A DNA stretch of 64,000 nucleotides. Origin: Mizuhopecten yessoensis (Eukaryota). Both the position numbers and the translations under genes were made by a program. Below, piece by piece: positions 13,801-26,363 of the stretch; positions within the stretch are counted from its first letter, which is position 1, and each line of letters starts with the position of its first letter. A model generated the notes under the pieces. That model was not told the origin of the DNA, ran no database searches, and saw only the letters and a program-made list of their open reading frames with translations. The DNA lies in assembly GCF_002113885.1 (NCBI RefSeq), contig NW_018407700.1, positions 2,893,877 through 2,957,876 of the forward strand, in the 5' to 3' direction.

Positions 13801-16800
13801 AAACATTTATCTCTAATTCGAGGTAACTCGAATGAGTTTTCACACTTCACAATAATATTCTTTTGATATATTTTGTAATTTTTGCGAATACTTTGCAATG
13901 TTTGTTATATAGAATCTTGCCTACATTTGCTCACGGAAAAGGACACATATCAATGTGTTTGAACTCTCTTCATTCAATACAATTATTGTGACAATGAAAG
14001 AATGCCCTGAAATCCAATTGTTCAGCAAATAACTTGTCTAGATATCAATGTTTTGCCAGCCCAATTGATGGTTTCCTGAAATTATACGAATGCGCTAAGT
14101 AACTCACAGGGCAATATAAAAGATTGAATTCGGTGCAAAATGGACCCCCATTTTGTGTCAAAGTTCAATGTTATTCCAGTTTTCTTCTAAAGCTAATATG
14201 ATTCCCGACCCCTTTTTCCAGCCTACCTTAACAGCTTGTTAAGTCCACTGTGTTGTTTTCTGGCCTGGCTTTACAGCTTGTATAGTCCACTTCCTGTTTC
14301 TTAGCCTATCTTTACAGCTTGTGTAGTCCATGTTACTGTTGCTTAGTCTGTCTTAACAGCTTGTATAGTACATCACCTGTTTCTTAGCTTACCTATATAG
14401 TTTATATAGTCCACGTCCTGTTTCCCAACCTACATTTACAGCTTGTATAGTCCATGTTACTGTTTCCTAGCCTACCATTACAGCTTGTATAGTCTATGTC
14501 ACTGTTTTCTAGCCTACCTTTATAGCTTGAATAGTCCATGTAACTGTTTCCTAGCCTACATTTACAGCTTGTATAGTCTATGTTACTGTTTTCTAGCCTA
14601 CCTTTATAGCTTGTATAGTCAACTTCCTGTTCCCAAGCCAACCTTTACAGCTTGTATTGTCCATGCTACTTTTTCCTATCCTACATTTACAGCTTGTATA
14701 GTCTATGTTACTGTTTTCTAGCCTACCTTTATAGCTTGTATACTCAACTTCCTGTTCCCCAGCCAACCTTTACAGCTTGTATTGTCCATGCTACTTTTTC
14801 CTAGCCTACCTTTACAGCTTGTATAGTCCACGTTACTGTTTCCTAGCCTACTACCTTTACAGCTTGTATAGTCCATGTTATTGTTTCCTAGCCTTCCTTT
14901 AGAGCTTGTATAGTCCATGTTACTGTTTCCTAGCCTACATTTACAGCTTGTATACTCCACGTTACTGTTTCCTCATCTACCCTTTCATCTGTTTCCTAGC
15001 TTACCTTTATAGCTTGTATAGTCCAGTTCCTGTTCACCTGCCTGCCTTACATGTTACTGTTTCCTAACCTTCCTTTATAGCTTGTATAGTCCACTTCCTG
15101 TTAACCAGCCTGCCATACATGCTACTGTTTCCCAGCCTACCTTTATAGCTTGTATAGTCCACTTCCTGTTTTACAGCATACCTTTACAGCTTTTATAGTC
15201 CATGTTACTGTTTCCTAGCCTACCTTTATAGCTTGTATAGTCCACTTCCTGTTTTACAGCCTACCTTTACAGCTTGTATAGTCCACGTTACTGTTTACTA
15301 TCATACTTTGACAGCTAGTATAGTCCACTTAATGTTTCTTAGCCTACCTTTACAGCTTGCGAAGTTCATATTGCTGTTTTCGAGCCTACCTTTTAAGCTT
15401 GTATAGTCCACGTTACTGTTTCCTAGCCTACCTTTACAGCTAGTATATTCCACTTCCTGTTTCGTAGCATGTCTTTATAGCTTGTATAGTCCATTTTCTG
15501 TTTCTTAGCCTGCCTTTACAGCTTGTATAGTCCACTTTGCTGTTACCTGGCCTACCTTAAAGCTTGTATAGTCCATATTGCTGTTTTCCAGCCTACCATT
15601 TAAGCTGGTATAGTCCACGTTACTGTTTCCTAGCCTATCTTTAAAGCTTGTAAAGTCCATATGGCTGTTTCTATTCTACCTTTTCATCTTTTCTTAAATT
15701 AACAGTTTACATAGTCCTCTTTGGTGTTCCTAGCCTATCTTTACTTTTACATCTTTCTAGCGACGAAGTCCACTTTGCTGTTTCCCCTTGCCTTTGTTAA
15801 TCAGCCTTCCTTTATAGCCTATATATAGCCCATTTAACTGGTTTCCAGCCTACATTTACTCTAATCCAGTTCTACTTCCCAGTTTACCTTTACAGCTAGA
15901 CACATTTCACTTTGCTGTTTCAAAGCCTTTTTATAAGACTTGGAACTCGGTTAACGTTGCTATTTTCCGGTCAACTTTACCTCCTTTCACACAGGCTACA
16001 TTGTTGTTTCCCAGGGTACATAGACCATAAACGTTTTGATCAGTACCCTCTGTTGTTTTTTCAGTCTACCTTTACAGCATTGCTCCTGAAGGACCCCTCT
16101 GGAACAGAAGACCGCCGTGGAGCCTTATTAAAATGGACCCTCTGACTGGTGACGTCAAACCTGTTGCCCACGTTGCTGAAGCTGGTGCGCAACTTTATTA
16201 AGACCTAAGCAACACATGTGCATTTATTGTGATGGAATATATAACAAAGTTAAGGATTTGTCGGGAAAATAACTATCAAAGGCAGTTCCGACCTCAGATT
16301 ATTATTTTGCAAGATTTTCGAATCACTTTTTGAACAAACATTTTTCACTTGATGCATATGTATTCATCACAGAACAAGCTTCGCATTTTCAATTATGTTT
16401 GATGTGTTAGTGAGTCCCTATTCTGTTTGTTTAATCTTGATATATTTGAGAAACTTGATTTTTAATAAATAAAATGTGTCGTTACATCGCAGCATGGTGG
16501 AATAATATATATATGTTCCCTTGCTTATGGCACCAAATAAATAAAATGACAAAACTTAGATGATGCGTAGATGATGTTCATAATTCTCTTTCCTGTCTAA
16601 GATGTTACATAAATATGAAGCAGTATGTCTTTAAGGTGTACCACAAGAATGACTGAAATGTACAATGTATCAACATTTCCTAAGTTCCGTTGTTATGCTT
16701 ACTTTTCCAGGATTATTCGACAGATATAATGGGGGAGCTGTAACCGGCGGATTGGACCAGACCTCTGGAATGCTATTTCATATACTCCGGGTTTCGGATA

Positions 16801-16907
16801 CAGTGGCTGATATAATAGTCAGTGTAGATATATATCAGAGAATGGTACGGTTCTCACGACTAACCAATCTTAGACACGTACATAATAGGTTTCTGTCCAA
16901 AACATGA
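7817..16907 (+). CDS. Secreted protein with N-terminal His-brace LPMO-like (copper-binding) domain and probable C-terminal beta-propeller, ~550 aa
   Basis: Exons 7817-7936, 8715-8859, 10468-10586, 10998-11649, 12539-12752, 13559-13644, 16065-16184, 16711-16907 (1653 nt, all phases match). Signal peptide MTLYTLLLVCVGLLLQVTTRCNC, then HLCLISPRQRG...SCNRNMAPCGG...WQQNVNHY...PCRHCIIIARY...STFYQCADV. Confidence 0.85.
9215..10326. repeat. 48-bp minisatellite (AGGGGATGTCAAAAGTAAATATATTAACTTCCTCTCTCTAGTCTACAG) spanning the gap 9468-10195
   Basis: The same unit lies on both sides of the N run, with some 21-bp internal duplications. Confidence 0.9.
11826..12508. mobile_element. Non-autonomous P-superfamily-like DNA transposon, 683 bp
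   Basis: TIRs of ~50 bp: CACAGGTACTAGCCTCGTCTGTCAATACACCTAT... and ...ATAGGTGTATTAAGGGACGAAGCCAGTACATGTG. Perfect 7-bp TSD ATTGCAC at 11819-11825 and 12509-12515. A CANRG terminus with a 7-8 bp TSD fits the P superfamily. Internal ~60-bp inverted repeat at ~12244-12306 / ~12387-12450. Confidence 0.85.
14205..16078. repeat. 42/39-bp minisatellite (GCCTACCTTTACAGCTTGTATAGTCCATGTTACTGTTTCCTA), ~40 copies, intron 6 of the LPMO-like gene
   Basis: Clear periodicity that degenerates toward the exon-7 acceptor at 16064. Confidence 0.9.
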
Positions 16908-19900
16908 TAAGCTGGTGTGCAAGCGCACGGTAAGTGCTATTGTTTCAAGGCTTTATACTCATTGCATGGAATGTCCATACGGTTGGTGAATCTGATATTA
17001 CATAATAGATGGAATTTGGTAATAAGTTCGAAAAAAAGAGATAATAGAAACGATATAGGATGAATAAATAAATAAATAAAATCGTTCATTGTTAAAATAT
17101 TATCAATGATTTGGCTGGTGAGATTTACTGGTGAGAATACTGTGTTGATTGATCAATAACACTGTGACGTTTCCATCAACATAATGTAGGAAATAGCTGA
17201 TTATGTAACAAAGACGTATTATTTTATTTATCATGCTTAGGTTCAATGAATCAGTATATAAAAAACTGAACGAAGGAAAATGTCGCCGAATTTTTCAGTT
17301 TTGCGATGAAAATTAAGTATCATATCGATATAAAATGTATACAATCGAATTGATTATGTGTAATTATACGTATTACAACAGTGTCTACATTAACTTCGTC
17401 ATTTAAATAACAAATAGAACATTGTGTGTTCTGCTTAACTTGAAAATCCGAAAAATATTAAGAAAAATATTAGGAAACATTAATTAAAAGCAGTATTTTA
17501 TGTATGTATTTTCAATCTCCTATATTTTCGTCTAATATCCTCAAAGAAACAGGAAAAGCTACTCTGCAATAAATAAAGGACACTACAACAACATCTCAAA
17601 ATACGAATTACATTTAGGTTTTTTTTTTTTTCATTTATCATATAGCAGATACAGTCTATCTCTATTCAGTTTCTCATTTTTTTTAAAAACTATTCCCAAC
17701 TAATTTGTCCAACCCTTTTTGACATTTAACTATTTACTGGTAAAACATAGTCATAACACAATTAACACTGCACGCTGATATTGTAGACTTAAAACAAACA
17801 TTTTTATATTATTTGGATAAAAAAGAAGTATAGTAGATTACAGCTGTGAAATTAGATAAAAATCAATGCTTTCACCTTCCAACAAACTAAGTAAATAGAG
17901 GGATAGACTGTTGTTCGATTAGTGATACTATTACAATTACACATTACACTGTTTGAAATGTAATCATAGCTCTTTTTAGATGTGAATTTTAATATCCGCT
18001 TAAAGTGATATAATGTATCAGAGGTCAGGGAAACCACCAACTAAATCAAAGCACTTCGCTGAAGTTGACCCTAGAATTAGTATCTGGGTCACAGAGTGTT
18101 ACTCAGATTAGATACTTGACTTGATATAGATTTCTTTGTGTCTACATAACATGTACGAACAAATACTATTAATCATAGGATAACATACATGTCTTAATCA
18201 ACTCAGTTTTATTATCTGGAACAGTATCTAAAAGTTAGAACAATTGACCTTGTAGCCTTGGGTATTCTTAATTATCTTTTTACAGACCGAAAGTCATGGG
18301 CTATATTAATCATTATTATCAATCAGTATGACTTTACATTTTCACACATTATAGCAGGTAAAAGTCACACCAGATATCCGTATACGAGTAATCAATGGTC
18401 ACAGGTTGAACTCAAAAAGTGTACTCAAATTCTGAATATGTCTATCTCACATTATACAAAAAAATATGTACAATTTATATTTTTATTAGTCAAATATAAT
18501 CTTACAAAATGTAAGATATAACGACAGTCTTATATGCATGCTTTCATCCTTCACAGGACTCTTCGTAATCATAACATACTCTTAACTCTTTCCATAGACG
18601 AATTGAAAAGCGCAAAACATCAACTGTTCGGCTTTCACTAACAAGTATATATTTCCGTGCAAGCGTTAGAGTCTGGTCTGTCAGTAGTTCTGTGTGTAAT
18701 ATATTTGCAAATAAATTCATACACTATATTACAATTGGGTTGATTTGTACCATTTACGATATGTTCGTAAAGGATATCTTTTATTAAAAAAAAAGAGATA
18801 AAGAAAACATCTTTTAAGCAAAATTGAGATATAGACAAGATATCGTATGCCTTTTATCAGATAACCTGTGTCATATATTTATTATACCAAATATCTCAAT
18901 GTTTAAATTGGGCATTTAAATTAATTTAAAATAGATATCATATAAAATAAATTTTTATATGAATAATCAATGCATCGAAAGACAAGACCATTGCACATGA
19001 TATAGTCAATACACGAGGTCGAAATCGACAATCTAATCGACACTGAACAATCAACACCTGGAACCAAGGAAACACAATCAGAAAAAGGCATATTAGTCTA
19101 TCAAAGATAAATATGCCTATTTACATTGTACTGTTCCATATTTCATATATGCATGAAATATGCTATACTGTATTTTAATTTTGTTTTGAATTATTTTTGG
19201 CATGTATTTATTTGTTCTGCTCTTCAAACTTGACGTGAAATTAAACAGTTTACAAACATGACAATCACCAACGTATGATATCAACTACAGTCAAAATATA
19301 AATTTCTGTTATGAGAATGCACAGCAGATGTGATGAGGCACGCATATGTATACCTTTTAAATGTTCCCAGTGAACCCTGATGGTTATTCCGTTTGCTTGT
19401 TTTTTACTACAATATGAAGCAATGGAAAGAGAGGAAATGTTATCTAATTATATATGTAGATATAAATTAATTTCATAATCAATCAAAAAGTCAAAGGAAA
19501 GTAGGAATTGGATAAAAAACAAAAACAAACAAAAACAAAAAAAACCGGTGATAATCTTTTGATCTGCCAAAATACAATTTACCATTTGCTTTGGTTCCAT
19601 ATTGATATTCAGGTCATTTATGAAAAATGCATTTACATAGGAGCTAATTTAACCATTCTGTCCCCTTTTAAATATATCAATGAGGAGATATATATGGAAA
19701 GCTGCACACTCGTAACGGTAAACCTGTTTTAAAACACACTTGTATGCGATCTTATCATAGGTACTTCTTAGAAGACTAATTTGTTGTCTAGAGGTCAAAC
19801 CTTGACCGGGGATGAATGCTATATCTGTGCTACGTGAAAACATTATTTATAACTTACATCGGATGAAATGTTTTGTTTGGTGTAAATTTAAAAGGGGAAA

Positions 19901-20599
19901 CATGCGCTATATACTAGACAGCAAGTTATAATCGAGAGGGAGAGGTTTGAATTGGTGTGCCACACAAACATGACATTCCGCTCTCAAACATATATCATCT
20001 AAATATAAACACGAAATGTGATACAAAATGTATACTGTTGATCAAATTATATTTATATTGAATTGATAAGATGCAGTTGCAACAGTCATTCCTATACTGT
20101 GTATACAGGTATCACACAACACAGTTAGGTATAAAACGTATATATTGACTATCACAGCCAGGAAGTAAACATTAATTGACTACCAGAATACTAGCGAACA
20201 AACTGTAGTAGGTGATTTAAAACAGTTGATATCGTACTTCCACGCGAAGTGTTTTATGATAATGCCAAAAAAAATGTACATTGTTAAAGCAAATTGAATT
20301 CTCAGTTGATATGAGCTTGTCAAACGGGCACCCAAAAATAAGAATTTGCGATTGGAAGGAGCTGAAAGATCCAATGTAGAGAAAGTTGTCAAGAAAGTGA
20401 AGAGTGAATTTGAACGTTTGTAAACGGAGCCCAATGCCTCTTGTGAGAGTTAACTTGAAATTAAATAATTGAAATAAATGTTGAAATTAAATTGTGATTT
20501 CGATATATAAAATTTGATACAAACATTAGAAAGGAAGAAACTGAAAAGCAATATTCTGAACAATACTGTGAAGAAAGATGAAATAGGCCACACAACAGC

Positions 20600-20940
20600 T
20601 TCAGTGTCTATTCAAAATTGTGGCCTTTGCTTTTAGGAGAGTAAACATGCTACTACTGAGTTGTAAATGAGCTTGATCAAAGTAGTTCCGAAATCAAAAT
20701 CCTTTACCTTTGCCACTATTTCTGTCTTAAACAATGTGGTTTTTGATGCCTTAGAAGTAGTATGGATTGTCTATATTTCTTACCATTTACTAGAATTGAA
20801 AACAGGAGGATGAGTTTGTTGCATAAAAAGCAAAAGAGTGTGCATAGATATATAATATTAGAATATGCCGATTATATTGCGATAATGATGGAGGATGAAG
20901 CAAACGTCAGCATATGTTAGACTTGCACTGCGCTTTATTG
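20600..20940 (+). mobile_element. Highly decayed LINE reverse-transcriptase remnant
   Basis: ~20858-20925 reads LEYADYIAIMMEDEAN.QHMLDL, similar to the RT LxYADD..L..E.E..LQ.ML motif; many stops and frameshifts. Confidence 0.35.
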
Positions 20941-23900
20941 AATCTTTCAATTTCAATTGGCTTTAACATTTGTTGTACATAAATTGGATTGTGATTGTTA
21001 AACATGTGTATATGAAATAAGACTTGTTATCAGAGATGCCTCTCTGTGTGGAATGGAAGTCTACTTTTATTGGTCATATGCGGTCAAGTCTCAATACTTG
21101 GAACCACATACAGTAGAACCATAACAGTCCAGATTTAGAGAAAATCCTTTAAATCATACGGGAGAAAGATCAGGAGGACCCGAGGGTAAAGCAGGAAGAA
21201 CAACACTGCGTGATAATCTTTACTCACATCTAGGAGATAATCTTGAAACCGAAGTTGCTTTGGTCCGTTCAGAACTGCTGAAATAACCAACCGGACGGAT
21301 AGAGTGGACGACGTGGATCTCCGAGTGTCTGCGAATTTGACAAGCTTGTGTAGTGTAAACGGGATGACTAACTGGAAGGGGTCCTTCGAAATCACTTCAA
21401 CACCATTCACATGGCAGACAGTCCTAGAACAGCGACATCAGCAAGCAATCGGTGTGGGTGCAGATAAGGACAGAGAAGCCTAGGCCTCCACACAACGACA
21501 TCAGTAGAGAGAAGGGTGACAACGTATGAACCACCAATGTGTTCGTCGATTCCGTTAAAACACAGATCATAGTGATATCCGTGACATGACGACAACGGCC
21601 TTGACCGAAGGAAATGTTATCTCGTCCTCAATAATGAAGAAGAACATAGACAATAAACATTCAAAGCATCAAATATAAAAAGTGTCAATGTATTCCAGTA
21701 ACCCGGACACTAGTATAAGCCTGATACCTGACTGTATTACTCTATGATTATGTGCCGTGATAATTTTACAGTTTACCGCAATGATTGAATCGTTACAATA
21801 CCAACGTACGTATGTAGCTTTTTTAGAGCATTGTTGTAGCATCTATACATTGAAACTCTCTCTGTTGAACTGCTCGAAATCTTCGACCCACGATGTACTA
21901 CAGACCAGCCAGCTTAAGATTAAAATACCTTCCAAAATAGAATTCAATGGATGACAGGCGATTTCAACTTGCTTGATATTGACTTAAAATCACTGTTCAG
22001 TAAAATATTTCAATATCCGCGTAGGATGAACGAATAACATGTCTGTCAGACCACATCCCTGCAGGTTCAGGTAAAGAACATGTATGCTGTATCCCACTGC
22101 GCTTTGTCGGAAGAGGAACTTAATATGCTGCCCTCAGCAGAATCGGGAGTTTTCGTCTGTGCTTTCTGCTTAGTGGATATTGGAGAAACCATAATTAATA
22201 TGCTGCCCCTATTGCAAAACTTGGGATATATATGTATATCACTTCATTCCTCTCTTCTTTACTGTTTCTTTTCGGCAGTGTTTTTCGGGACACCCGTCTT
22301 CCTGACCTTATTGCGAGAACGTTAAACCCCAAACAAACAATCTGTCCGAACACATAATTGTCGTTCCGCGCAGTGCAAAGTAGTTCCGGTGTTATGTCAA
22401 TAATGAACCGTGTAAATGCAATGAAAATAATAATGACAAGAATATTTCAAATTCATTTAAATAACAGTAAATACATAATTTTATAAAGTGAATAATAGAG
22501 GTAGCTGTAGAGGCGTAGGAATATGTTCCAACGGTTTATACAAACTGCAAAACCATTTTGTTTTATTTCATGTGTGTCATACCATTTTTATGACATTGAC
22601 GTATGACAAATTAAAATGGGTCAGGTATGTTATAAAATTTGATATGACGCTTGCCAAAAGGCTCGTGTCATATCAAGTGATTGAACTCGTTTAATAAATT
22701 CAATATGTCATGGACGCTCATGTAAGATCCCCTATTTATGTACAGGTCTTTCGCATTGGGTGAAATGAACAGAGATGTACATCGAGTTTTTGATATGTGT
22801 GGTATTATGTATCTGATGCCGTAGACAAAGGTTGGAAACATGCAACTAAGTGTGCAAGAGCGGGTCCGGATCTGGCGATCCGGTCGTCGGTCTATGTAGT
22901 TGTCTTTATTGTAATCTGCTTTCTTCCGTTTGGTTACGGTAAAGTACAAGCTGTATCGAAGTTCTATTTTACTGCAGCGGAGAATGTATGTACACCTGTA
23001 TACTGTGCCATTATAAGATGTCAAAGGGTGAAAATGAAGAACATGTGAACCCGATATCGTGTTACTAAGCTTGGTTATCCTTGTGTTGACATGATTATAA
23101 ACGATGTCTTGCTAAAAATTTTGTCTTACGACTTACAAGTTAATATTGCTAAACAGTTTTCAGTCTAGCAGATAGGCTAGCAGCAAAACAACACTTTAAG
23201 AATGAAATGGCTTATTATATTTTACTAAATGTTATAGGAAAGAGTTGATCGCATATATAGCCAAGGGCTTATCGCAAAATCTAACTCAAAATTCTATGCA
23301 CGGGTTTATCGTATAAAATTCATATTCGGTGTAAGGAAACCTAAAATTCTAAGCAGGATATATCGCATATAACTCAACGTCCAACGTATCGCACATAATC
23401 CATCATTGTATAAGGAAGGGCGAATCGTATAACACGTTAAGGTAACATGTACATCCTGCGATTGTATTTGATGTGGCAGTTTTTTTTGTATGTATAAAAG
23501 TTACAAGAATAAAATGTCCTAGTATTGAATATCTCGTCACTTTTCAAACAAACGAAGCATTATAGCATGCTGGGATATGATAACGACAGTATAGTCTAAT
23601 GTGTTATAGGTTTCTCAAATAAGAGCGTTTTTAGATTAACTACCAGGTACATTGTACTTGAACGATGTCGGCCTTGAATACTGTTTTTCTACATATTATT
23701 ACTGTATTACATATAATGGAGTCTCTCTAGACGTGGTAACTGAAAGTTTTTCATATTCAGGTGTTTAAATCGGAGTAGTACTCGTCCGTACATTAGCAAA
23801 TTGCATGTAAGCGAATAATTAAATACAACTGTACTATGACACTGCACAAAATTTCGTTCCGGAAAGCAGGACACAGGGACATGAGAGTCAATCAGATAGA

Positions 23901-25206
23901 GTTTGTTTGGGCCTATCCTTATAACTGCAATTTATTATAGGATGTTTTAGGAGGAGTTTAGATCAACACTTCATTACAATGCTGCTGGCCAATTATTTGG
24001 AGAAGGAAAAGATGAAAAAGTCCCAAAGTCTGGAATTGGAGCATAAGCATCTTTTCGACCTCAAGCATCACATTTCTGGTTTGGTGTACAACAATGTTTG
24101 GTATTAGTTGATACGCGCATATAAACTCTTTTATGAATGTAACAGTCTCAAAAATCAAAGAGATGTTGTGGGTTCGATGGTATTTTTTATTACGTGTAAA
24201 TAAAACCCTAGAAAACAAAACATAAAATACATTACTCACACACCCATATCATACGCCGCAAAGAACGATAACTCTTTACTTACATATATTTTTACGATTC
24301 AATCAGTTATTCTCGTTTATACATAATTGAGAGATGTAAATTGTATTTTAAAATATACAATTTATAACTAGAAATATAACTTTACCCCTATTTTCCATTT
24401 AAGAATGAAAAGATAGCTACGGTAAAATGTATTAAATTAACACACCTCAAGAACAAATCTTTATATAAGATATGGGTATATCTTTACACAATTACTTCTC
24501 ATACACAAATGAAATTTATCCATACACACTCACCCTACGAGATATTGCAGGGGTTTACACGTGGCTTAAGAGACATACAGGTCATTGCATGGGACCAAAT
24601 TAAGGGACTGAAGGGTTCACCTCTAAAAAGAATGACATGAAACTTTCAGCAAGCATATTCACTAGAAACTTATGTATTAAACTATTTAGTATTTACCTTT
24701 ATTTAATTCTAGACAAAGCACACCTAAAATGGTGGTAACTGCCCATTACAAAAGTTTACAACTCAAGACAAATATAATTATTACTTTTACAATTGAACCC
24801 TTAGTTTAACGTTATATAGAATGAGCCTACACCTAATGTTATAAACTTGGAGTACAATTATTTACCAAAACTATTATAAAACAGCATAACTTACCACCAA
24901 ATACAGCCAAGGCACCGCCTCTTAGAAAGCTCCTTTAGAATCGAAGGACTCACACCTCAGAGTGCCAGGTGTGAAAATGTGGATAGAAGTCAGAGTGAGG
25001 TAGAAAGCAAGAACTTCAGGTAAGTCTTGTCCAATCAAAATCCATATAGTCCGTCACATGTTAATACACGAATATACAAACATTAAGGCAGCCCACCCCA
25101 TCCCATTACAGGAATGACTTTTAAGGAATCCTTTATGCTCGTCTTTATATAAAATTCAAACACATTAATTATATACAATGATCACCTATCCTAATGACAG
25201 AATAAT

Positions 25207-25790
25207 TCACCCTGCCACATGAATACCAAGGGATGTTTGATAGGGAAATTCTACCCAAGTGTTTTTAAATTGGGTAAAACCATTCGAGGCTTGCAGAAGT
25301 TTTTGCCCGAATTCGAAAATCCCGATTGAAGAATTTTCCCGTCCTCCACCTTTGGGCATAAAAGAGTATATTTTTTCATTCCTGTCAACAGAATCAGAAA
25401 CCATAACAATGCGTAGTTTCCGTTATGCAGCATCGGAATGTTCCCGTTTTCGTGACGTCATGTCATTGTTGTCCAATTTTTGACGTCAAGCTCTTCAAAA
25501 ACAGTTGTTAGTTAAATAGAATCTTTCACTTCTTTGGGGTTGCGATAGGGGAATCTCAATCCGACGGGACATTTTTAAGTTGCCACTGAAACACAAGGCT
25601 TGCAGAGTGTTTGGATAATTATTCTTTTCCTGAGATCTTAGATGCCCCATCTCACCTGAAGGGGGCTATTGACTCTTTTTATCTTTTTGACTCTCCGGCG
25701 ACCCTGTCAAATACAAATGCAATGATTCCTGCCCAGGGTAGAAAAAACGAGTTTCTCACAACCTTTTCAGTCTTGGTCTGGATATTTCTG
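25207..25790. repeat. Dispersed repeat family member (GGG.TG...GATAGGGAAATTCTA motif); related copy at ~51010-51345
   Basis: Shared motif AAGGG.TGT..GATAGGGAAATTCTA at ~25228 and ~51026; both copies have a second GGGG.TG..GATAG motif. Confidence 0.45.
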
Positions 25791-26207
25791 TCATATACGC
25801 AGAGGAATTACAGAAAACGTTATTCCCTTGTAAACGCAGACATTTTATAGAAATATTTACGTGTCAGGTGTTTATTAATGAAGATCCCAACATGGTAGTA
25901 CACAATCTGATTCTTGTTTGGCTGCTCCCCTCCCCCCTCTTTGCTGTCGTTCCCGAAGGGTTATCCAATATGGCGGACATAACAACAGGACAATCATTTC
26001 TGAGGCTGTGAAACTAGAACATTCCAAAACATTCCGTTAATCGTGGTATGATATACCGTATACACATGTGGTCGTAAACGGGCTTGTGGCATCCTTCTGC
26101 CATCGGAAATGTCCAATGTCACTCTCTAATACTAGGTTATATACATAGAATGAAGGTTGGATTGTTGGAGGGCTCAACGTGTGTTATTTTCACACTTAAA
26201 CTGGCTA

Positions 26208-26258
26208 TGACGTCACCGACGGCGACATGATGCGTCATGTGACGTCATAACTTCGTCA
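26208..26258 (+). promoter_or_regulatory. CRE cluster upstream of the HMG-box gene
   Basis: TGACGTCA at 26208 and 26240, plus CGTCA half-sites at ~26233 and ~26254; ~110-150 nt upstream of ATG 26364. Confidence 0.45.
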
Positions 26259-26363
26259 TGATGAACTATTGAGCCAGTAAATTATGTTCGGCATATTTGA
26301 GTCGTGTTTAGCATACATGTATGACATATTTCGTTCACGAAAGGTAGATCTACACTTCGGCAG

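Noticed and set aside
14402-14960. Repetitive ORFs on both strands
   Set aside because: They follow from the 42-bp unit length and are not independent genes.
21241-21483. Open stretch with FGPFR / WKGSFEI resembling a Gypsy integrase GPF motif
   Set aside because: Too short and degenerate; no LTR or other pol motifs could be verified.
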